Origin: an uncultured virus (IMG/VR IMGVR_UViG_3300027963_000003)
Taxonomy: Duplodnaviria; Heunggongvirae; Uroviricota; Caudoviricetes
Virus record (IMG/VR): IMGVR_UViG_3300027963_000003
Direction: 5' to 3' (one strand)
DNA: 20,000 nucleotides
The position numbers and the translations under genes were made by a program. Numbering within the stretch: the first letter of the stretch is position 1; every line of letters begins with the position of its first letter. Under the pieces are notes generated by a model. It was not told the DNA's origin. It made no database searches and was given only the letters and a program-made list of their open reading frames with translations. Below are positions 7,398-17,000 of the stretch, piece by piece.

Positions 7398-9631
7398 TAT
7401 CTGCGTCCGTCTGGTCTTATATCAATACGTGGATAACCCATTTGCCAAGCAACACCTAACCCAGTAGATTCAATTCTAAATGCCATCTGCCTACCTCTAA
7501 TCCGAGTATAGACCTGCCCAGTAAATTGTTGCACCGCATAAGTTTTTTGAGCTGTGTAGTTTTGTGTGCTTGCTACTCCAGGAGCATTAGGCGTTCCATA
7601 AGCTGTTCCTGCGTTAACACGAGGCAATACCACCATAGTAACTTCTGGTAAATTTGCACTAGAACCGTTAAAAGTCAAGTCTGGTAATATGCGCCAGACA
7701 AACCCAAAGTTATATCCATCACCAATATCAAAATCAGAGGACTGTATATACGACACAATAGGCTCAGGGGTTAATCCTGATACATCATCAACACCATTTT
7801 CATGATAAAGAATTCGGTAATTAACAGTATCAGCGCCCATTGGAAATGTACGTAAACCTGAGTCTAACCACGCAGTGCGGCTCATAGTGCCATAAGCCCA
7901 GACATCATCTAGATAATCGTAAATAATGTAGCGATCAATAGTGTTGCTGTCAGCAGAACAATAAAACCACCAAATTTCGTTATACCCTTCAATAGAGCCA
8001 GCAAATACTTGGAAGTTTTGATTTTGATTAATATCTTGATAGACGTATTGACGCAGTGCACATGGTAAAGTTTCTACACGTCCGTTATAACGATAAAATT
8101 TATCCGTACCCATCCAGTAAGTTACGTTATTAACCGTGATAGACGCATTTGGTCCCATGATAGATATGTTGTCTTGTAATAATTGAAAACCCCAAATATA
8201 AGGAGGTCCAAGGTATTGCATGGAGTAAAGTGCAGCATCAGACCAAACCAATATCTCTTGACGGGTTGAACGTGCGCATACAATAAAAGAACCAATATTA
8301 AGGCGGTATTCACCAGACTGGTTTGTTATTGCTGGTACCCACTCATACGGGTTTTCTTGATCTGACCAACGAACTAATAGCGGATCAAAAGCATTATTAG
8401 CATTTGCAGGGTCGTACGGATTAGCGCCAAAAGCTACAACAAAACGTTGAATTGCTGAACCAATAATTTGGTTGGTGCTATTAGGTACAAACTGTCCTGA
8501 GTACCCCGCTGCGGTTGATTCTACTGATAACTGCTGTGCTCTAGTACCAAGCCCTCCAACAGCGCCACTTGGATATGTTTGACCTGTTGGTACCCAGTAA
8601 TAAATTTCACCCCCACGAGGAGCAAGAACCAAGTCCTGACCAAAGTTGTCGTTAGTCCATAAGCGTAATTGCTGTGCAATACCAACGCTAGCTACCGCAC
8701 CCCACCCACGAACTGGAGCTACAGGAGTATTAATAACCACAGTGCCACCAGAAGCTGCTGTAGAAGATGTTGTGTAAGTGTTAGAACCTATGACTGTAGA
8801 TATAGTAAAAGTATTAGCCCCAGTATTAGTTATTGGAAATGCCTTTTGAAGTACAAGTCGGTTTATACCGCAAGCATTTGCAGAAATACTAGAAAAATAC
8901 ACATAATCACCAGTAGTTAAACCGTGCGCTGTTTTAGTAACCGTAAGAACAGAAACCCCTGCACTAGCGGCTGTAAACGGGTTAGTAAGGGTTGTATCAA
9001 CGTAAGAAGGCCAAGTACCTGCACCCCATCCAGTACCCGAAATCTCAACATCCAAACCAGTATTAATTTGAAACGCAGCGGTAATAGCAGTGCCACCACC
9101 AGCAGCCACGGTAGAGGTAGCGGCGGTTGTTGTAGTAAACGTAAATTGACTGGTAGATACGTATGTTATCTGTTGCTCAATATTTAATTCTGCGGCAGGA
9201 ATACCACCAACCGCAGTAGAACCAGAAATAGTAACAAAATCGTTATTTTCCCCACCATAACCAGAAAGCGTTACAGTAACAACATTAGAGCCATTTGTTG
9301 TAGAGAACATGTTGTTAGTACTAGGGCTTGTACTAGTTGTGTAAGTAGCTCTAAGAGGCGTTACGTCGTTATATTCACCGCCTTGCTCAATGTAATACTT
9401 AAGGTGAGTACCAACACCTAGTAAGTTAGCCCCAGCCAAAGTACCCCAGTTCCAAAGAGCACGAGCTGTGCCTTGATATGTATCATTAGATAGACGAGTC
9501 CACCCACCGATTTTTTCTGCATTACCAGAACGAAACCGTACTTTATCGCAGTCAAACCAACCACCTTCGTTAGTGTAGTTTGTACCCTCTTTGTTTATAC
9601 CGGGTTTAAAGACTAGTTTTTGTAATGGCAT
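7397..9631 (-). CDS. Tail nozzle / head stabilisation protein (P22 gp10/T7 gp12-like beta-propeller; 744 aa)
   Basis: MPLQKLVFKPGI N-terminus, W.D...VRFR.G..EKIGGW, DPLLVRWSDQE, EIWWFY, RTAWLD and C-terminal RIDIRPDGRR. Size and position fit podovirus nozzles. Confidence 0.8.
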   Translation of the reverse strand: MPLQKLVFKPGINKEGTNYTNEGGWFDCDKVRFRSGNAEKIGGWTRLSNDTYQGTARALWNWGTLAGANLLGVGTHLKYYIEQGGEYNDVTPLRATYTTSTSPSTNNMFSTTNGSNVVTVTLSGYGGENNDFVTISGSTAVGGIPAAELNIEQQITYVSTSQFTFTTTTAATSTVAAGGGTAITAAFQINTGLDVEISGTGWGAGTWPSYVDTTLTNPFTAASAGVSVLTVTKTAHGLTTGDYVYFSSISANACGINRLVLQKAFPITNTGANTFTISTVIGSNTYTTSSTAASGGTVVINTPVAPVRGWGAVASVGIAQQLRLWTNDNFGQDLVLAPRGGEIYYWVPTGQTYPSGAVGGLGTRAQQLSVESTAAGYSGQFVPNSTNQIIGSAIQRFVVAFGANPYDPANANNAFDPLLVRWSDQENPYEWVPAITNQSGEYRLNIGSFIVCARSTRQEILVWSDAALYSMQYLGPPYIWGFQLLQDNISIMGPNASITVNNVTYWMGTDKFYRYNGRVETLPCALRQYVYQDINQNQNFQVFAGSIEGYNEIWWFYCSADSNTIDRYIIYDYLDDVWAYGTMSRTAWLDSGLRTFPMGADTVNYRILYHENGVDDVSGLTPEPIVSYIQSSDFDIGDGYNFGFVWRILPDLTFNGSSANLPEVTMVVLPRVNAGTAYGTPNAPGVASTQNYTAQKTYAVQQFTGQVYTRIRGRQMAFRIESTGLGVAWQMGYPRIDIRPDGRR

Positions 9632-9637
9632 ACTGGT

Positions 9638-10228
9638 TTACCCTAATGCTTGCGCTGCTTTGGTTGTTTTAGCAATTCTATCATCTAGCCCCAAGGTGCC
9701 GCCATTAATACGTTTTGTAATCATGCCGTGCTCTTGTTGGTCAGCCAATTCGTTTAGTCCTTTTTTGTTCCAGAACCATCCTGCCGACATAGCTGCATAT
9801 CGTGGATCTAACAGTAAAGTAGGGTCAGATAAAAGGTCAACGCCAATAGCCACTCCGCATCGTTCATAGTTTTCTTTGCCTGTTAACTGGATAAGCCCCC
9901 TGCCCAAATACTTAGCAGCCTCTTCCTCGCTAGTATTGCCTAAGCGTCCGTTATATACTTTACCAGCAATCTTAGCTGGCTGCCGTGCGTATTGATTGGC
10001 ATATTCTAAAGTTGGGAACCTAGAAGGCCAGGTTTTCATAAGCCCCTCGGCGCTGTAGTTAAGGTTTTCCTGCAGAGTTTTAAAGTTACCAGACTCGTGA
10101 GCACACTGCCCCAAAAACGCAGCTTGACGTCTAGGGCTATTAATATCGTACTTATCAAAGGTAGCCTGTAAAGGTTCTTTCCATTTGAGGTCAATACCAA
10201 GGACGGTTAGGGCATTACTTAGACTCAT
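9638..10228 (-). CDS. Endolysin, glycoside hydrolase family 19 (chitinase-like lysozyme; 196 aa)
   Basis: AAFLGQCAHESG, ENLNYS, GRGLIQLTGKENY, SAGWFW and TKRINGG..GL.DR motifs. Adjacent to a holin-like gene. Confidence 0.92.
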   Translation of the reverse strand: MSLSNALTVLGIDLKWKEPLQATFDKYDINSPRRQAAFLGQCAHESGNFKTLQENLNYSAEGLMKTWPSRFPTLEYANQYARQPAKIAGKVYNGRLGNTSEEEAAKYLGRGLIQLTGKENYERCGVAIGVDLLSDPTLLLDPRYAAMSAGWFWNKKGLNELADQQEHGMITKRINGGTLGLDDRIAKTTKAAQALG

Positions 10229-10625
10229 CTTTACCCCTCTTCATATCCATAATTTTCTCAAGGGTACGCCCGCCAAAATAAAATGACATAATCAGCATAC
10301 CCCACTGCCCAAGCAACTCTACATAGTTGTTGTTTACCTCTATATCCCACGCCGACATCATTGCAAAAGTGGAATAGACAACCAATATAAATACAAGGGT
10401 AGCTGGGCGGATGTTCTTAGATAGCGTAGAGTCGGAAGCCATATCTGCTTCTTGACGCTTAGTAAGTTCTTGGGCCTCTACGCTATCTGCTTGCAACTCA
10501 GCCATCCTGCCTTGTTGTTGTATTTCTAGCAACTTAGCTTGTGCTTCAGCTTTAGCGGCTGGATCAGGTATAACTTTGTCTAGGATTTTCATCCCTACAC
10601 TAATGATGTCATCTACTCCAAACAT
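10215..10625 (-). CDS. Holin (GTA 3TM-holin-like; 136 aa)
   Basis: KILDKVIPDP N-terminus, SKNIRP followed by two hydrophobic segments and the FYFGGRTLEK motif. Overlaps the endolysin start. Confidence 0.8.
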   Translation of the reverse strand: MFGVDDIISVGMKILDKVIPDPAAKAEAQAKLLEIQQQGRMAELQADSVEAQELTKRQEADMASDSTLSKNIRPATLVFILVVYSTFAMMSAWDIEVNNNYVELLGQWGMLIMSFYFGGRTLEKIMDMKRGKDESK

Positions 10626-10626
10626 A

Positions 10627-11073
10627 TTATCTCCATATACCCCAAGTTAATTCATACGAAATCCAACCAGCAAATATATAACAAAGCAACATTACGCTTT
10701 TCATAACCCGCCTGTCATGCTGTTCTAAATACCTATCTTGTTTATCTTCCCATTGCTTTCTAGCTTTAATACCTTGTATTTCTTCCCAAGCGTGACTGCC
10801 ATACTTCTTGGTTATTTGTTCTTGAATCTTTGCTTCTGACTGCCGTGCTATTAAAAGTCTTTGCCACTCATCAACCGCTTCAATAATTGTCGTAGTATCA
10901 GGATTAACCTGTCTAGCTTTTTTTCTTGCTGCTGTTCTGTCTTTTGCTGCTTTGTCTGCTACTTCTAATACCCCGTCAATTGCTTTAGATAGTTCTTGAC
11001 TAGCCTTTACCGATTCATTAATTGAACTAGTAACGGATTTAACACCATCGGTTATTCCAAACGGGTCTGACAT
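10627..11073 (-). CDS. Hypothetical coiled-coil protein with C-terminal transmembrane segment (148 aa), lysis-cassette associated
   Basis: Helical charged body and terminal hydrophobic stretch VMLLCYIFAGWISYELTWGIW. Lies 1 bp from the holin start. Confidence 0.65.
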   Translation of the reverse strand: MSDPFGITDGVKSVTSSINESVKASQELSKAIDGVLEVADKAAKDRTAARKKARQVNPDTTTIIEAVDEWQRLLIARQSEAKIQEQITKKYGSHAWEEIQGIKARKQWEDKQDRYLEQHDRRVMKSVMLLCYIFAGWISYELTWGIWR

Positions 11074-11093
11074 ATCTCACTGTTTGCACCTTA

Positions 11094-12185
11094 TTAAGTC
11101 TTAATAATGAAATTAATACCAAGGTATGGTGAAATTGTAGTTGCTGCAGTGCCAGAACCAGCTGACGCATTAGTAATAGTAACGCCAGTAGTAGCTGTGC
11201 TTGTTACGCTATTTACAAGAACGGCGGCACCGCCTGTGCCAACCCAGTTAATATTTGCTCCAGTTGTACTGGTGGCATTGTGGAAGTGTCCGGGGTCTGT
11301 AATAGTGTTATTGTGGGTATGGGCTGGCAAGTTAGCCGTAATTAGTGTTGTAGTTGCAGAACCGCCCGTAGATCCAACAGTTGTTCCGTATGGCATACGA
11401 TTTGTGTAGTCAGGCAAATTAAACGTAGTAGAGCCATCACCAACCCCAAAGGTCGTACCAATCACCGCAAAAAGTGCGGCGTATGTAGTTCTATTCACCG
11501 CAGCGCCAGCACAAAGTAGCCATCCAGAAGGAGCAGTTCCTGTACCCCACATAATCAAACCGCCTGTAGGAGCGCCGTTAGATAACACAAAAGCTGTAGT
11601 TGCTATTTGAGTTGTATTAGTCCCTGCAGTAGCTGTCGGCGCTAGTGGGGTTCCTGTAAACGTTGGAGATACCGAAGAGATTGCACCTGAAAAAGCTGCC
11701 GTAGTAGCCGTTAAAGCGCCTGTTAAAGCGGTTGTGCCTGTTACCGATAAATTGCCGTTAACTGCAAAGTTGCCTACAGAACCGCTAATAGCGTTGTAGA
11801 AGTTAATGCCGTCACAATATACGTACGCTGCAATGCCATTAGGGATTGTTACACCCAGTCCACTAGAACCAATAATCTGTATAGCATAGCCACCTGTAGT
11901 GTTGTTTTGAACAACATATGTTTTTTCAACCAACGGGGCAATTAAATTGCGCACTGCAGTATTTGTGCCGTTAACCATCAAAACTTGATTTCTAGCCTCA
12001 TCAACCACACCGTTGAAGTTAGACATGGTGTAGGTAGCGTCAAGCATGGTAATGGTAACAACCCCAGAAACCGCCTGTTCTATTAATCCGCCTAGGTTAT
12101 TGTTGGTAGTTTGGCCCCAAATACCAGATTGGTCTCCGTCCCCAATAAGTTCAAGCCGTAGCGATGGTGAGTAAGTAGATGCCAT
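11094..12185 (-). CDS. Tail fibre with phage tail collar domain (363 aa)
   Basis: PTGGLIMW..APSGWLLC.G.AVNRTTYAALFAVIGTTFG.GDGSTTFNLPD collar signature, SPTFTGTP.APT..TQIATTAFV fibre repeat, HTH/HFH metal-binding pairs and C-terminal PYLGINFIIKT. TAAGGA SD. Confidence 0.9.
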   Translation of the reverse strand: MASTYSPSLRLELIGDGDQSGIWGQTTNNNLGGLIEQAVSGVVTITMLDATYTMSNFNGVVDEARNQVLMVNGTNTAVRNLIAPLVEKTYVVQNNTTGGYAIQIIGSSGLGVTIPNGIAAYVYCDGINFYNAISGSVGNFAVNGNLSVTGTTALTGALTATTAAFSGAISSVSPTFTGTPLAPTATAGTNTTQIATTAFVLSNGAPTGGLIMWGTGTAPSGWLLCAGAAVNRTTYAALFAVIGTTFGVGDGSTTFNLPDYTNRMPYGTTVGSTGGSATTTLITANLPAHTHNNTITDPGHFHNATSTTGANINWVGTGGAAVLVNSVTSTATTGVTITNASAGSGTAATTISPYLGINFIIKT

Positions 12186-12193
12186 AATTTTCC

Positions 12194-12676
12194 TTATTGA
12201 ATATTATTAATTTGAGTCCAAACAACCGTTGCAGAATTGTCTATTTGAGTCCATCCGCTGCCTTGAACGTTGTTAACAGCAACCCACGTTACTATTTGAC
12301 TATCATCAATTTTAAACCATCCAGTAGTAATTTGGGCGTTTGCAACAGTAATTGACTCGGAAACATCCCCATAAGCCGTTCTTAAAGCGCTTATAGAATC
12401 CGCCAAAGTAATGGATTCAGAGATTGAACTAACAAAACTTGCTATTGCAGAAGAACTATCAGCTACAGTAATGACTTCTGTAATTGAAGAACTAAAAGCA
12501 GCAATAACTGATTCAATATCAGATATTGCAATAATTGCTTCTGATATAGCGGCATTTTGAACACGAATTCCTTCTTGATTGTCAGCTAAAGTTAAAGCCT
12601 CTAAAATATTAACAGCGTAATAGCTCCCGCCTAATCCAGCAAAAGTAGGTTGAGCAAAAGCTGCATAGCCAAACAT
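12194..12676 (-). CDS. Repeat-containing virion protein (160 aa): five ~20-aa and four 11-aa repeats
   Basis: MFGYAAFAQPTFA N-terminus. [IV]xExxT[LV]AD-like units with Glu at residues 26, 46, 67, 87 and 107; Trp at 120, 131, 142 and 153. Confidence 0.75.
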   Translation of the reverse strand: MFGYAAFAQPTFAGLGGSYYAVNILEALTLADNQEGIRVQNAAISEAIIAISDIESVIAAFSSSITEVITVADSSSAIASFVSSISESITLADSISALRTAYGDVSESITVANAQITTGWFKIDDSQIVTWVAVNNVQGSGWTQIDNSATVVWTQINNIQ

Positions 12677-12945
12677 TATCTAATTCCTACCAACGCTTTT
12701 ACTTCATCTTGGGTTAAACCAAGCGCAGTTAGTTTAGCTATTGCAGAAGCCTTTGCGTTTATTTGTGCTTGATTTTCTGAATCAGCAATAGACTGTAATC
12801 TAGTTATTTCAGCTTCCACTTGTTCTTTGCTTGGTTTTGCATTAACGTTATCTTGCCAATCAATATTTTCATATAGCTCGGCCCCAACACATACCCAAGA
12901 AGCATTTAGGCTTAGATTTCTAATTGCATTAACAAATATACTCAT
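12676..12945 (-). CDS. Small putative fibre assembly chaperone (XkdW-like; 89 aa)
   Basis: AI..L...ASW...YENIDW...KPS...EAEI pattern and KLTALGLTQDEV tail. Coupled (ATGA) to the preceding fibre gene. Confidence 0.5.
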   Translation of the reverse strand: MSIFVNAIRNLSLNASWVCVGAELYENIDWQDNVNAKPSKEQVEAEITRLQSIADSENQAQINAKASAIAKLTALGLTQDEVKALVGIR

Positions 12946-13523
12946 GCTGCAATCTCCAAAAATTGAATTGTAGTTGTACCATAGCCCGATGATGCGCCTA
13001 CTGCAGGTTGATTTACATAGTATGCAGTTGTTCCGTTTGCTTTTATTCCATAAGTAATAGCGCTTGTTGTACCTGGGCTATCTAAATAAATAACTGTAAA
13101 CGGATACAGTGCGTATGAGCCAGCAGAAGCTATAAATTCATCTGAAGAATAGTAACCGGCCCCACCACCATAAGTGCCACCGGCATCTTGAACTGATGTT
13201 CCATTTCTTATGATTTGAATACCGCCATTTGGATTCCAAGCCCCCATTGCAATAGAGACAATTAATAACACCTTACTTGTTGCGCTGGTTGGAGTAAATG
13301 TGGTTGAAAAAATTGTTGCAGTTCCACTACCAGAATATTGAGTTGTATTTACGTATTGAGTTACTTGCAATACACTACCTGCTGGTAATCTAGCGGCTGG
13401 AACTGTTCCGCTAGTTAAATTTGTAGCATTTAAAGAACTAGAAGAAGTTAACCCAGCAGTAGATTGAGTGGTTGAGTCGCTAAATGTTATAGATGGGCTT
13501 GAGCCGTTAATGACTGTGGTCAT
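12942..13523 (-). CDS. Short fibre/receptor-binding protein (193 aa)
   Basis: Ser/Thr-rich N-terminal stalk, then a beta-sandwich head (LPAGSVLQV..TPTSATSKVLL..YLDSPGTTSAITY..FLEIAA). Confidence 0.6.
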   Translation of the reverse strand: MTTVINGSSPSITFSDSTTQSTAGLTSSSSLNATNLTSGTVPAARLPAGSVLQVTQYVNTTQYSGSGTATIFSTTFTPTSATSKVLLIVSIAMGAWNPNGGIQIIRNGTSVQDAGGTYGGGAGYYSSDEFIASAGSYALYPFTVIYLDSPGTTSAITYGIKANGTTAYYVNQPAVGASSGYGTTTIQFLEIAA

Positions 13524-14026
13524 GCTTGTTCTCCTTCTTGTGCTACGGGTTCTACATAATTAGGGTCCCTAGCCCATTGCACAGATGGTAGCGCAGCTAG
13601 TTGGTCAATTGTTGTGCAAGCATTAACAGAGGCAACATAGTTTTGAGCTTGAGTACGAATGGTTTGCCGCCAAGTATTCCACGCATCCGGTACTGTTGTA
13701 TTTGTTTCAGTGGCTTTAACTACCATCCAATCAGTAGGTAAAAGAATGGAATAAGCCGCTGCATTAGTTTGATTTACTACATTAGCTTTGCATGGATCAA
13801 GGTCTTTTGGGGTATTGGTATAGGTTAAAGAAGCGCCATTTAATGTTTGACTAACCCAATAATAAGTGTCGTTTGCTGGTTGATTAGTCGCAATAACTTC
13901 CTCTAACCCAATAGCTGCCTTTTCTTCTGGAGTGGATAAATTTAACCAGTTAGCAGGGTATTGATTGCCATTAATTTCAAAAGCATTGCCTTCTTGAATG
14001 TATTGGTTCGGTGCTTTATAAAACAT
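13520..14026 (-). CDS. Putative tail fibre assembly chaperone (168 aa)
   Basis: YPANWL..EEKAAIG and L..TDWMVVK..W.TWRQTIR motifs resemble phage tail assembly chaperones. Follows the large adhesin gene, with a GAGG SD. Confidence 0.55.
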   Translation of the reverse strand: MFYKAPNQYIQEGNAFEINGNQYPANWLNLSTPEEKAAIGLEEVIATNQPANDTYYWVSQTLNGASLTYTNTPKDLDPCKANVVNQTNAAAYSILLPTDWMVVKATETNTTVPDAWNTWRQTIRTQAQNYVASVNACTTIDQLAALPSVQWARDPNYVEPVAQEGEQA

Positions 14027-14028
14027 AA

Positions 14029-17000
14029 TTACCTCGCTAAAGCGTTCTTAAAAGGGTTTTCGGCAAATGCCATATAAATGTATGTGTTACCACTTCCGTT
14101 TGTGCCAGCACTACTCCTACGAATTTTGTATCCATTGGAAAGAATATCAATCATAGGGCTTAATACTGCTTCAGCATCAGAAACATCAGGTTCTAATACA
14201 TTAACTGCCATATTATAGGTATCTCTTGATGTATCTAAAAGAACCCAATTACCTGTTGTTCCGCTTGATGCTTTAAACATTACAAATTTAGGTCTAAATC
14301 CTGTATAAATAAATGGACCATCTGTAGAACCATTACCTGTATAGCTACCAAAAGCAGAGTAGCCAGCAATAGGTGTCCAGCAGTAGGCTACATAAGTACC
14401 AGCACTAGCATTTAAATCACTATCAGTTCCAATACTAAATACAGTTGATGTCGGTAAAGTAGTGGTAAATCTAGCTGCTGAATTTGCTTGTGCGGCAGTT
14501 GATTGCAAAGCCAATATATAGCCAGCAGCTAAAGTTATGAAATATACAGACCATCCTGAACTGCCAGCATCTCTGCGTTTTACAATAATCATACTAGGCG
14601 CAACCCCCAACCCGTGTCCTACAGTAGCATTGCTTCCTGTGCCTGTATAAGTAACAACACTAAACCCAGCGGGTTTGCTAACACTTACTGTTGATGTAAT
14701 AGAACCGTCTGTATTAGATGATGACGAACCTTGACCAGCTTGCCATTGCCATCCTACATAATTGTTGCCAGTTGCATTTGATAAATTCCAGTTGCTATTA
14801 GAAGAAGCAAGCGTAAATCCATTGCTATTTATTGCTGATACCATTCCATAGTTGCCTGGGGAATAATAATTTTCAGCAACAGTTCCATTTGAAATTAACT
14901 CATAATAATATGAGCCATTACTTCCTCTATTTGAATCAAAAAGAATATTGTCATTAGCACCAGTTCTATTTTTAACCCAAATAAAATCAGGCTTAAATCC
15001 AGCAGTATTTGTTACAGATTGAGTTGCACTTGTTCCAGCATAAGTAGTAGCATCCATTACTGTATTGCCTTTAACAACTGTGCTGTTAGGTAAGTTGTAA
15101 GTATTGAGCGCTACAAAGCCTGTTGGTGGAGTGTAAGCAAATCCTTGCTGACCAAAGTTAATATCACCACCACTAGCATTTACTGAACCGCACATTGGGA
15201 AGAATGTTAATGAAGTTGAAATGCTTGAAGCGGCTGGACTTGTTTGGGTAGCTGGGTTGCTAGAGTTAAACCAAGTTCCGTTTTTACCAAAATAAATAGC
15301 ACTATTGTCCCTATCAAAAGCAACCATTAACACATCACCTGACGAAAGCGAACTTCCATAACTTGATGATGTATTGTTGGCATATAAAGTGCCATTACCC
15401 ATAAATTGATAAATATTAGCCCAAGAGCTAGGAGCATAGTCTAAACTGAGGGATGTTCCTGAGTTTCCAATTCCATTAGTGGAAAATGAATTTGTGCCAG
15501 TATTAAATACAAATTCCCAATACCATTTTCCTGTTGTTGGGAAAGCAACAGTACTGCGTACCTGACCCCAACTACCGCTACTATCAGCTTGCACATGAAG
15601 ATTGGCATTGCTTAAAGCAATCAAAGACCTTTGGTCTAAAGGATTCAATACGCAATAGTTAGCCGTAGTTGGATTTGTCAATGTAGGTACATCAGTCATT
15701 GAATCGTAAGTTACGCTTGAACCATAACCAACAATAATTACACCTGAACCGCCTGCACCGCCAATAGCACTTAAAGGAGAGCCACCGCCACCGCCACCAG
15801 TATTTGGAGTTCCAGCAGTACCATTTCCTGTAGAACCACCTCCACCGCCACCGCCAGAACCACCAGCACCAGCAGGGTTTGATGGGCTAAATGTACCACC
15901 ACCACCGCCACCGCCATAAGTAGAACCGTTAATCCATGTTAAACCTGCACCACCAGCACCAGATGTTGTAGAGTTTGCCGCATTGTTACCAACGGCACTT
16001 GCACCGCCACCGCCACCTGAAGGGTATGGACTAGCAATAAATCCAGCATTACCACCACCAGCAAAACCTTGCCCTGATGTTCCAGCACCGCCTGCTGTAG
16101 TTCCGCTTCCTGAACCTGCACCACCACTTCCCGAACCACCAGTATTACCGTTATTTCCAGCAGAAGTTCCAGCACCACCACCTATTGCGGTTAAAGCACC
16201 AAATGTTGTATCTGTTCCATTAGTGGCGTTAATACTACTTCCATAGTTACCGCCAGTACCACCAGCACCTACAGAGTAGGCAATAGTTTGACCAGGTGTT
16301 ACAGCCATAGTTCCAAATAACAAACCACCAGCACCGCCACCGCCTGAATAACCGCCACCACCGCCAGCTACTACAAGGTAGCTAAGTGATGTAACTCCAG
16401 CAGGTACTGTGTAATTGCCTGAACCTGAAGTTAATGATGAATATGTACCAGTAGCTAAAGAAATGTTATTGGTAGTCCAATAGTTACCATTTCCGCTAAA
16501 GTCTCTACCAATACCTGTATTACCAGTTATTGAACTAGTAGTAGTTGAATTGTCTATAAATGGCAAATAAAAACCATTAGCGCCATAAGTACCTGTGTAT
16601 TTAGCTGGTTGCCATACACCAGTTGCAGCGTTTGTAGAACCAAATGAAGATGGGGTAAGGGCTAGACCATCAATGAAGTTTAATTCAGCTTGATACATAT
16701 CAATGTATGCTTGACCACTACTATTACCTGAACGACCTATATAACTAACATTTCCAGAAGCATTCCATCTAGCAACTGAATTTTGAGTACCCGGAGTTTG
16801 AGTAGAAAACGATGTTACTTGAACCCCATTAATGTATAGTTTTTGTCTGTTTGTAGATGTAGTTTGTGTTGTGTCAAAAACATAAACAATATTATACCAA
16901 GCCGCTGGATCACGGAATACTTGAGTTGTAGTAAGCCAGTTTGTTCCACCGCCTGAAGGTCTGTCAAAAATTTGTAATACATCAGTTGCATCAAAGCCAA

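Noticed and set aside
15780..16365. Recurrent ccaccgccaccgcca/accaccagcacc tracts resembling a repeat array
   Set aside because: Explained by poly-Gly codons in the Gly-rich domain. Spacing is irregular with no repeat-spacer structure, so this is not CRISPR.
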